A stretch of 32,000 nucleotides of DNA from the NCBI GenBank assembly GCA_028710695.1, contig JAQTTP010000002.1, forward strand, positions 1-32,000, read 5' to 3'. The position numbers and the translations under genes are program-made. Within the stretch, counting starts at the first letter, position 1, and the number at the start of each line of letters is the position of its first letter. This stretch comes from Candidatus Iainarchaeum sp. (GTDB taxonomy: Archaea; Iainarchaeota; Iainarchaeia; Iainarchaeales; 0-14-0-20-30-16). The notes under the pieces are model-generated. The model did no database searches. It worked only from the letters and a program-made list of their open reading frames with translations, and was not told where the DNA came from. Below, piece by piece: positions 24,249-31,408 of the stretch.

Positions 24249-24890
24249 TCACTTTCTATTAGGTATTTTTGTATGAGCCTTACTTATTGAAGCTGAAGCA
24301 AATTGTGTTTTACTAGTAGCATTGTCAGCAACCTTATCCTGTTTTTCATTTGCCTTGATTGGTGCAGTCTCTATTTTTGCATCTACTTTTGCTTCTACCT
24401 TTTTATCCTCTTTCTTTGTTTCTGCTTTTGGTGCTTTTGGTTTTAGTTTATGTCTTTGTCTTACTAAAACTTCCAAATGAACTGATTTAGTATATCTTAA
24501 TCTTCTTCTTCCACCAGGCTGGATAGTTGGTCTCCTTACTCCTGGATTTGCAACTACGCCCACAACTGCCAAGTCTTCACCGTCTAATCCTTTGTGCTCA
24601 GCATTACTCTTTGCTAAAGCCAAAGCTTTCTTGAAGAACTTTGCTGCTTTTACTGGGTATCTTCCGCTTTTTACTTTTCCTTCCATACCTGCTCTGTGAC
24701 CAACATCATCATTAAATCTTGGCAAAGGAACATATCTTTTCATTTCTATTACATCATCAAGATAAGCTATTACCTTTGAGTATGGTTTTCCCTTAATATA
24801 CATTCCCAACTCAGATGAAAATTTCTGAGAGATTGGGCAGTTTAGTAACAAAGCCCTTGCTTCATTTTCTTTTGCTTCAAAGTATGCCAT
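24249..24890 (-). CDS. rpl22: 50S ribosomal protein uL22 with a ~65-aa Lys-rich C-terminal extension.
   Basis: The core is 'ISQKFSSELGMYIKGKPYSKVIAYLDDVI...GRYPVKAAKFFKKAL...HLEVLV'. The tail reads 'KPKAPKAETKKEDKKVEAKVDAKIETAPIKANEKQDKVADNATSK'. Confidence 0.92.
   Translation of the reverse strand: MAYFEAKENEARALLLNCPISQKFSSELGMYIKGKPYSKVIAYLDDVIEMKRYVPLPRFNDDVGHRAGMEGKVKSGRYPVKAAKFFKKALALAKSNAEHKGLDGEDLAVVGVVANPGVRRPTIQPGGRRRLRYTKSVHLEVLVRQRHKLKPKAPKAETKKEDKKVEAKVDAKIETAPIKANEKQDKVADNATSKTQFASASISKAHTKIPNRK
24310..24371 (-). repeat. Copy B (in the uL22 C-terminal tail) of the 62-nt segment shared with uS9 (9166..9227).
   Basis: TTACTAGTAGCATTGTCAGCAACCTTATCCTGTTTTTCATTTGCCTTGATTGGTGCAGTCTC is 54/62 identical by hand count. 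Confidence 0.8.
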
Positions 24891-24918
24891 AAAATATCAC
24901 TCTTATTTCATATCATTA

Positions 24919-25314
24919 TTACTTCTTAGCTACATTCTTACTTGATTTTGTAGCTCCTATTCCTGCTTTTCCGTGAGATACTATCTTTCTAGAAAGAACA
25001 AAGTCTCCTATATAGCAGCCAATCATTTCTGGCTTTATCTCAACTTGCTCAAATGTTTTTCCATTATAAATACCAAGTTTCATTCCAACCATATCAGGCA
25101 TAACCAATAGATCTCTTGAATGGGTTTTTACCATGTTCTTTGGAGGATTTCCTGCTTTATTTGCTTCTATAGCCTTAAGCATTTTCTTGTCTAATTTTAT
25201 TCCTCTATTTATTTTTCTTCTTGCTCCGTAAGGCATTATTTCCTTCAATTGATCTATAGGCAATTTTTTTAATTGCTCTAAATCATAACCTTTGTAACTA
25301 AATTCTCTTGCCAT
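24919..25314 (-). CDS. rps19: 30S ribosomal protein uS19.
   Basis: 'VKTHSRDLLVMPDMVGMKLGIYNGKTFEQVEIKPEMIGCYIGDFVLSRK'. Confidence 0.95.
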   Translation of the reverse strand: MAREFSYKGYDLEQLKKLPIDQLKEIMPYGARRKINRGIKLDKKMLKAIEANKAGNPPKNMVKTHSRDLLVMPDMVGMKLGIYNGKTFEQVEIKPEMIGCYIGDFVLSRKIVSHGKAGIGATKSSKNVAKK

Positions 25315-25333
25315 GAAATATCACTTCTTTAAT

Positions 25334-26050
25334 TTACTTCTTTTTTCTTCCTGATCTGCTTGCACCTACAGAACCAACTTTCTGTCCTGGAGTTGAAAAC
25401 TTCTTGGATACGTTCTTCTTTCTTCCAGATGAGTTGTGTCCACTTCCTCCGTGAGGGTGGTCTGCTGCATTCATTGCGTATCCTCTTGTAGATGGCCAAA
25501 CTCTTCCACCTTTTGCTCTCATTAAATAAAAATTATTTCCTGCCTTATAAAGTGGCTTTTCCTTTCTTCCACCACCGGCAACTCTTCCAATTGTACATAG
25601 GCAATCTGGTCTTATTATTTTCTTTGCCTTTGATCTTAATTTTACATATACACCTTTTTCGTCTTTTCCAATTATAATTCCAAAAGTTCCGCTTGCTCTC
25701 ATAAATGAGCCGCCATCTTCTGGAATAGATTCAATATTTGAAACTACAAATCCCAAAGGAACATTTCCTATTGGCATTATATTTCCGATCTCTGGTCTAG
25801 CTGATGGGCCAACTTCTAATCTTTGGCTTACATAAGCACCTTCAACTGCAGGGACATACATTTTTCTTCCATTTTCCAAAACAATTTCGGAAACTGGTGC
25901 AGTTTTTCCTGTGTTGCTAATTATACCAACAACTTCTGCTTTACAGTCATCAGTCTTTCTAATATCGTATTTAGCCTTTACACCGCTTTTATTAGCTCTG
26001 TATTTTGGACTTCCTTTTCCTCTTCTCTGCTGATGCAATCTTCTTGCCAT
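25334..26050 (-). CDS. rpl2: 50S ribosomal protein uL2.
   Basis: 'GNIMPIGNVPLGFVVSNIE', 'MNAADHPHGGSGH'. Confidence 0.96.
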   Translation of the reverse strand: MARRLHQQRRGKGSPKYRANKSGVKAKYDIRKTDDCKAEVVGIISNTGKTAPVSEIVLENGRKMYVPAVEGAYVSQRLEVGPSARPEIGNIMPIGNVPLGFVVSNIESIPEDGGSFMRASGTFGIIIGKDEKGVYVKLRSKAKKIIRPDCLCTIGRVAGGGRKEKPLYKAGNNFYLMRAKGGRVWPSTRGYAMNAADHPHGGSGHNSSGRKKNVSKKFSTPGQKVGSVGASRSGRKKK

Positions 26051-26075
26051 TTAATCACCTTTGAGCTTATCAAAA

Positions 26076-26330
26076 TTATATCATTCCTATCTTACTTGCT
26101 AATTCTGAAGCTTTGAATTCTTTTGTTAGCTTCACTATTGCTTTCTTTCTTCCTTTCATATCTTTTAGGATATTTACTTTTTCAACTTTAACCTTATATC
26201 TGTCTTCTACTGCTTTCTTTACTTCTGGTTTAGTTGCGTCTTTTGTCACAATAAAAGTAATTTTATTCTGAGTTTCAATCATATTCACTGCTTTTTCGCT
26301 TATTACCGGATAATTTATTTTTGCTTCCAT
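26076..26330 (-). CDS. rpl23: 50S ribosomal protein uL23.
   Basis: 'YPVISEKAVNMIETQNKITFIVTKDATKPEVKKAVEDRYKVKVEKVN'. Confidence 0.92.
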   Translation of the reverse strand: MEAKINYPVISEKAVNMIETQNKITFIVTKDATKPEVKKAVEDRYKVKVEKVNILKDMKGRKKAIVKLTKEFKASELASKIGMI

Positions 26331-26372
26331 CTTAAACACCATTTTACTTCAAATTTTTTCTATCTCTAAATA

Positions 26373-27176
26373 TCATTCGTTCTTAGCTAATGCGTTCACA
26401 GCACCTTCAGTAAAGATTACTAATCTTCCTGCTTTTCCACCTGGAGCTAATTTCTCAACAGATAGGCTTTTAACAGTAGAAACATCTACCCCTTCTAGGT
26501 TTCTTACACCTTTTATTGCTTTTGCCTTATCGTCAGAAACAACAAAAAGGATTGATTTCTTTCTTCTGTAGATTCTTCCTCTCTTCTTTCCTTTTCCTGC
26601 CCTCATTGTTTTTTTCTTCTTAGCAGTTTCTACATCTTCTACTATCTTTAAAGATTCTAGAATATTATATATATCTTTAGTCTTGCCAATTCCTTCAACC
26701 TTGTCTTCTAATATTATTGGCAAAGTCATTTTTTCATCAAATTTATGCCCTTTTCCAAAAACTAGCTCTTTACTTGTTGTTGCTGCCAAAGCACATAACA
26801 AAGCTAATTTTCTTTCTTTCTTGTTAATCTTCTCTGCAATTACTGTCTGAACTTTAGGTGGGTGTGCCTTTGGACCTCCAACTACTCCTGGAATTCCAGC
26901 AACTCTTCCCTGAATCAGGTGTCTTGCGTTCTTTGTTCTTGGCTTTCTTGCTTCACCAACAGCAATCAAAGAATCTCTTATTCTTCTTTTTCCAACATAT
27001 AATGCTGATGTGTTTCTTCCTGCATCAATATATGTTCCTTTTGGTTGTATCTTTTTTGTCAAAGAAGAAACGTATGCCCTAGTTATCAATCTAGGTCTTA
27101 TTTCAGTATCAAAAGCCTTTGGCAAAGTCATCTGTTTCTTAACTTGCCCTGCTACGTCGTAAACATTTACTTTCAT
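26373..27176 (-). CDS. rpl4: 50S ribosomal protein uL4.
   Basis: 'VNVYDVAGQVKKQMTLPKAF', 'GEARKPRTKN...GRVAGIPGVVGG'. Operon position is between uL3 and uL23. Confidence 0.93.
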   Translation of the reverse strand: MKVNVYDVAGQVKKQMTLPKAFDTEIRPRLITRAYVSSLTKKIQPKGTYIDAGRNTSALYVGKRRIRDSLIAVGEARKPRTKNARHLIQGRVAGIPGVVGGPKAHPPKVQTVIAEKINKKERKLALLCALAATTSKELVFGKGHKFDEKMTLPIILEDKVEGIGKTKDIYNILESLKIVEDVETAKKKKTMRAGKGKKRGRIYRRKKSILFVVSDDKAKAIKGVRNLEGVDVSTVKSLSVEKLAPGGKAGRLVIFTEGAVNALAKNE

Positions 27177-27189
27177 CTTTTATCAACCC

Positions 27190-28164
27190 TTAATTATACA
27201 AAACTTCTGAAATGTCGAATTTAGTATCAACAAACTTTCTTATTCCATGTCTTAATGCAACCATTCTTTTCTTTGGACCTGGAATTGAACCCGCAACCAT
27301 AATTGCATCTGATTTTACTGTTCCGTATCTTCCAAAGCTCTTTGGCATTTTTGAGAAATCGCATTTTCCTACATATTTACAGTTAAGAATAGTTCTATTA
27401 TGGAAACCCATCTGACCAGGCATTGGAGCAGTCCACATTACTAAAGGAGGATGCCATGCACCTATTGATCCAACTTTTCTTGCACCTTTCTGTGATTTGT
27501 GGTGTCTTCTTTTTACTCCGTATCTCTTTATTACTCCTTGGAATCCTTTACCTATGGATACAGCAGTAACATCTAAAGGAGCAAACTCCTTACTAAAATC
27601 ATCAACAGTTATTGGCTTTCCTAGTTTTTCCTTAATAAAAGCCATTTGCTCGTCTAATTTCCCAGATAGGTATAGTTCAACCATTTCTGATTTCTTCTTA
27701 GGCAATCCAGCTTCTGCGGGGTTTGTTTCAGCCAATATTACAGCATTAGAAATAATTTCTTTATTTAAATTATAAAAATCGTCCATTTCCTTGATGTCTT
27801 TGTCTTTTCCTTTTCTTAAAGTAGAATTAGTCTTATCTATATTCTTTGATAGGAATTTCTTGAACAGGAATTCCTTAATAGGTTTCTTTCCAACCTTTCC
27901 CTTATAGAATCTAATTCCTGCAACAGAAAGTTTCGGAACCTCTATAATAGTTACCGGAATTTTTACCTTCATTCCATTATAGGCGCTTCCCTTGTGCTTG
28001 TTAACTCCAAACACCTGGTGCATTCCTACCTTATACCCAAAGAAATTCTGCACTTTTATTCCGCTTTCTTCCTTGAATGTATTAAACTTAGGAATTATAG
28101 ATTGAGCTCTTACTCTTGGATAAACTCCTTTAGATCCTGCCTTTGGTTTACTTGTACGACCCAT
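27190..28164 (-). CDS. rpl3: 50S ribosomal protein uL3.
   Basis: 'FGYKVGMHQVF', 'KGFQGVIKRYG', 'WTAPMPGQMGFHNRT'. It is the first gene of the ribosomal block, and AAAGGTGTGAAAA precedes the ATG. Confidence 0.95.
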   Translation of the reverse strand: MGRTSKPKAGSKGVYPRVRAQSIIPKFNTFKEESGIKVQNFFGYKVGMHQVFGVNKHKGSAYNGMKVKIPVTIIEVPKLSVAGIRFYKGKVGKKPIKEFLFKKFLSKNIDKTNSTLRKGKDKDIKEMDDFYNLNKEIISNAVILAETNPAEAGLPKKKSEMVELYLSGKLDEQMAFIKEKLGKPITVDDFSKEFAPLDVTAVSIGKGFQGVIKRYGVKRRHHKSQKGARKVGSIGAWHPPLVMWTAPMPGQMGFHNRTILNCKYVGKCDFSKMPKSFGRYGTVKSDAIMVAGSIPGPKKRMVALRHGIRKFVDTKFDISEVLYN

Positions 28165-28225
28165 TTTTCACACCTTTACATTTATTGCAATAAAAAAATT
28201 TTAATTTCTTTAAAATTTCAAGATT

Positions 28226-28242
28226 CAAAAACCCAAAAAAAG
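28226..28242 (-). terminator. T-tracts (minus-strand CTTTTTTTGGGTTTTTG) between the ASCH cluster and the uL3 operon.
   Basis: Read from the sequence. Oligo-T is the archaeal termination signal. AT-rich TATA-like stretches follow before uL3. Confidence 0.3.
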
Positions 28243-28357
28243 TTGAGTTTAGTTTAACTTATGATTTTACACAAGTTATTTTATTATATCTTATAATGTA
28301 CATAGGTTTATAAAAGATTCTCCTATTTTGACTCACAAAACAAGGCACAGTATACAA

Positions 28358-28798
28358 CTATTTCTTATAAATTCTTACTTTTTCAATATTTCCCACACAC
28401 ATCCAGGCACAAGCACTTCCAAATCCTGCCTTATTTATCTCAAATGGAGCTATTGCAACAGGATTCTTCAAAAATATTAGCAAGCAATAGTGCTTATTTC
28501 TAAATAATTCCACAAATTCAGGAATCTTCTTCTTTTCAAGTCCATCTGCATCGCCATACTTATTAAGGATTTCTCCTACCTTTTTTGAATTTAGATCAGA
28601 AAAAGACAAAACCTTTTCTACTTCTGCCTTTACAGTTACTGGTTCTCCAGAATCTTTAAAGTAAACAGTATCTCCAACTTGTATTCTCCCCCAAGGCGGA
28701 TATTTTGCCATATACCACCTACTTTCTATCTTCTTCTTTCCTGAGAGAATCTTTGGGAGTAGTTTCCAATCCGTTCTCATAATTGCTATGTGGTCCAA
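28358..28798 (-). CDS. ASCH (PUA-like fold) domain protein.
   Basis: 'WKLLPKILSGKKKIESRWY...IQVGDTVYFKDSGEPVTVKAEVEKV' matches the ASCH pattern (ilsGkKtiE.R ... vGd). The TTG start lies 2 nt after the upstream stop. Confidence 0.65.
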   Translation of the reverse strand: MDHIAIMRTDWKLLPKILSGKKKIESRWYMAKYPPWGRIQVGDTVYFKDSGEPVTVKAEVEKVLSFSDLNSKKVGEILNKYGDADGLEKKKIPEFVELFRNKHYCLLIFLKNPVAIAPFEINKAGFGSACAWMCVGNIEKVRIYKK

Positions 28799-28800
28799 TA

Positions 28801-29448
28801 TTATGGCCTCCGGTGTAATCTAACCATTTCATGTTTACAATGATCACAGAAGGTAATTCCGTTCTTATGTAATTCATGTGCCCTTCTTTTTGCCCCGTCG
28901 CCTTCTCTTGATTGTTGCATTATACAATCATTTGCACAGTGTACTCCCAAAAGTTCATAAGTGTTTTTTCTGCCTTTGGGGGTTGCCCCATACATGTGAC
29001 CCAATTCATGGGTCATAACATACTTAAAATGAACAGGATCAAAAACTCCAGAATTATAAAAACGATTAGTTGAAATTACTACAATATCCCTACCATCATG
29101 GGTAAAATGCCCTCCATGCACCCAACTTGTTGGTCGTCCACTATTATGCGCATACAAATCTTCTGGAATTAGCATTATTATTCTTGCATCACGGCCACGA
29201 CTTTGTACAAAAGGATGTTTTACAATATTTCCAATCAAAGCTTCTATTTCTACCTGTCCTCTTTGTGAATTAACAGATTGGCCCACTAAGCTTCTAGCGA
29301 CATTATATCCTTCCATATCAACTTGGCCAGCAGTTTTATCCGAATGTATTGTTCCAACTATTCCGGCCATATGATTTAATACAGAATACAGTACTTGGCC
29401 AGGAGCAAAACCTTTGCACCCATCCAATAAGACAACTTCATGAGTCAT
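28801..29448 (-). CDS. Archaemetzincin-like (peptidase M54-like) zinc metalloprotein, divergent.
   Basis: 'HELGHMYG-(15 aa)-HCANDCIMQQ-(23 aa)-CDHC'. This resembles the archaemetzincin signature HExxHxxGx3Cx4CxMx17CxxC but with altered spacing. Composition differs from the neighbouring genes. Confidence 0.55.
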   Translation of the reverse strand: MTHEVVLLDGCKGFAPGQVLYSVLNHMAGIVGTIHSDKTAGQVDMEGYNVARSLVGQSVNSQRGQVEIEALIGNIVKHPFVQSRGRDARIIMLIPEDLYAHNSGRPTSWVHGGHFTHDGRDIVVISTNRFYNSGVFDPVHFKYVMTHELGHMYGATPKGRKNTYELLGVHCANDCIMQQSREGDGAKRRAHELHKNGITFCDHCKHEMVRLHRRP

Positions 29449-29465
29449 ACTAAAAGATACACAAT

Positions 29466-30176
29466 TTAGTTATTATTTGTTTCTTTTTTGAAAAAATAGT
29501 TTTCTATTCCTTTACCGTGGAAGTTTTTAGAAACAAAAATTTCTATTCCTTGCAAATAATACCCTGCCCGTTTATTTCCTTTCCAAAGAATAATTACTTT
29601 GTTTTTTTCAAAATCTTCTTTTTTAATATTTGGATTTATTTTATTACAAAAAGAATAATCTTTTACAGTATAATTTTTTTCAGTAATTCCAAAAGGATTA
29701 TTTGCATAAAAATATTTTTTTGAATTTAATATTTTTTCAACAGTTAAATTCGTTTCATACCCATCTAGCATCAATTTAAGATATTTTCTTGGAACATTAT
29801 GTGCTGATTTTTTTACTAGTTCTTCTAAATCAAATTTAAAGTCAGTATCTGGCTCAGCCAAATAAACATTATATCCTTCTAGCAGCCCCATTTCCAAATA
29901 AGGTTTTATTTCCCAAGCACAAATGTTTGCATTATCTACCACCACTGGGCTTAATCCTTTTTCCAGCGCGTCCTTTACTCTATTCCTATTCCAGTCATGC
30001 GCAATATTTGCTTTTTCGATACAAAAAGAATATTTTCCATCTTTTGTAAAATAATCATCCGTGCTATACACATATTTTGATAGAGTTTTTGCATAAGTGG
30101 TTTTTCCGCTTCCAGATACTCCACGCATAATTAGTAAATCTTTATTTTTTTCGCCTTTATAGATAAGTTGTCTCAT
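29466..30176 (-). CDS. P-loop kinase of the N4BP2/N4BP2L (AAA_33, polynucleotide-kinase-like) type with an uncharacterised ~90-aa C-terminal extension.
   Basis: 'LIMRGVSGSGKTTYAKTL...STDDYF...AHDWNRNRVKDALEKGLSPVVVDNANICAWEIKPY...GYNVYLAEPDTDFKF', recalled from memory as closely parallel to N4BP2L1-type kinase domains. Confidence 0.7.
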   Translation of the reverse strand: MRQLIYKGEKNKDLLIMRGVSGSGKTTYAKTLSKYVYSTDDYFTKDGKYSFCIEKANIAHDWNRNRVKDALEKGLSPVVVDNANICAWEIKPYLEMGLLEGYNVYLAEPDTDFKFDLEELVKKSAHNVPRKYLKLMLDGYETNLTVEKILNSKKYFYANNPFGITEKNYTVKDYSFCNKINPNIKKEDFEKNKVIILWKGNKRAGYYLQGIEIFVSKNFHGKGIENYFFKKETNNN

Positions 30177-30194
30177 GTAAATCACTCTTCTTGT

Positions 30195-30503
30195 CTAAGC
30201 CTTATTATTAGCATATGACTTTTCTTTTATTACTACATATGAACAACACTTACTTTTTTTAATTATTCGGTGGAATTCATTTTTTTCTATCATTAATAAA
30301 TCCAATTTTTTTAAGGCCATATTTTTAGAACCAACTTCCAAAGTAAGAGACCCTTTTAAAACCAAGAAGTATTCTGCAAAATCTTTATGACTATGCTGAT
30401 CTTCAATTTTTAATGGCCTATTCTCAGAGTATTTTATTTGCAAAGGAGAGTTATTCCAATGCCCACAAAACCAGCCATCTTGATTTACAATATATTTCTT
30501 CAT
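30195..30503 (-). CDS. Small single-domain cupin.
   Basis: 'HSHKDFAEYFLVLKG' fits cupin motif 1 (HxH-x4-E-x6-G). '...EKNEFHRI' is a motif 2 remnant. Confidence 0.65.
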   Translation of the reverse strand: MKKYIVNQDGWFCGHWNNSPLQIKYSENRPLKIEDQHSHKDFAEYFLVLKGSLTLEVGSKNMALKKLDLLMIEKNEFHRIIKKSKCCSYVVIKEKSYANNKA

Positions 30504-30511
30504 AACAAGAC

Positions 30512-31321
30512 CTATTTTCTAAAATAAATCCCTAAGTCATATCTCTTCATTAATTTCCAACCTGCCTGTTTTGCTCTTTCTATTGTTGCGCTTGTAAGAT
30601 CTTTTCCTCTAAACTTATTTCCAGGATTTCCAGTATAGTGAAATAGAATACAACCCTCTTCTGCAAGCCCATACAAATCAGCATAGAATTCTTTTGTATA
30701 CAATTCTGGTGCGAATTTGAATGTTGGGGGATCATGCAAAATTTTTGTAAATTTTTCTTTTGATTTTTTTGCATAGTTAGTAGCATCATCAGTTATGATT
30801 TTTACATTTTCTTTTTTTAGTAATTCTTTTGTGTATGGATTATATGTCATTAATTCCAAAACTTCTTTGCTTTTTTCTATACTCACAACGTTCTTTGCTT
30901 TTTCCGCAAGCAAAAGAGTTTTGTATCCTGCGCCAGTACAAATTTCCAACACATCATCATATGTGCTTACTTCTAAACTATCCATCACGTTTTCATTGTA
31001 AGCATCAATCCCAAGATCTTTGGAAACATTCATTTTTACTGCGTTTATGTATAAGATTGGCTTGTTTTCATTCTTGTCTTTCCTTAGCGAGAAAATTCCA
31101 TTTTCATTTGAGATTTGTAGCTTTACTCCTTCTTTCTTTTTCTCATCATAGAATACAATATCTTCATTTCTTATTTTTGGGCATTTGTCTAATAGGGCTT
31201 CAAATTTGTCTATTGGCCAAGTAGTCTTTGATATCCCTAAATCAAAAGTAGTTTCAAAAGTAGTTTTGTTTTCTTTTTTAGCAATTAGATAATCCTGTAT
31301 GGTTTCCAAAGTTAAGTACAT
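30512..31321 (-). CDS. Class I SAM-dependent methyltransferase with an HDPP motif (resembles the 'predicted archaeal methyltransferase' COG2521 type).
   Basis: Motif I 'VLEICTGAGYKTLLLA', 'VVSIEKS', and catalytic-type 'ILHDPPTFKFAPELYTKEFY...LFHYTGNPG'. Confidence 0.7.
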   Translation of the reverse strand: MYLTLETIQDYLIAKKENKTTFETTFDLGISKTTWPIDKFEALLDKCPKIRNEDIVFYDEKKKEGVKLQISNENGIFSLRKDKNENKPILYINAVKMNVSKDLGIDAYNENVMDSLEVSTYDDVLEICTGAGYKTLLLAEKAKNVVSIEKSKEVLELMTYNPYTKELLKKENVKIITDDATNYAKKSKEKFTKILHDPPTFKFAPELYTKEFYADLYGLAEEGCILFHYTGNPGNKFRGKDLTSATIERAKQAGWKLMKRYDLGIYFRK

Positions 31322-31408
31322 ATTTAATTAAAGAAAGAATAGAATAAAAAGCAAATAGGGCAAGAACAGCATTAGTTAGGATTAAAGGATACAAGAAAAT
31401 AAGGCAAA

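Noticed and set aside
28165-28357. The 193-nt spacer upstream of uL3 as a possible small RNA gene or riboswitch.
   Set aside because: I found only T-tracts and AT-rich TATA-like stretches. There are no convincing stems or tRNA-like features, so it reads as terminator plus promoter/leader.
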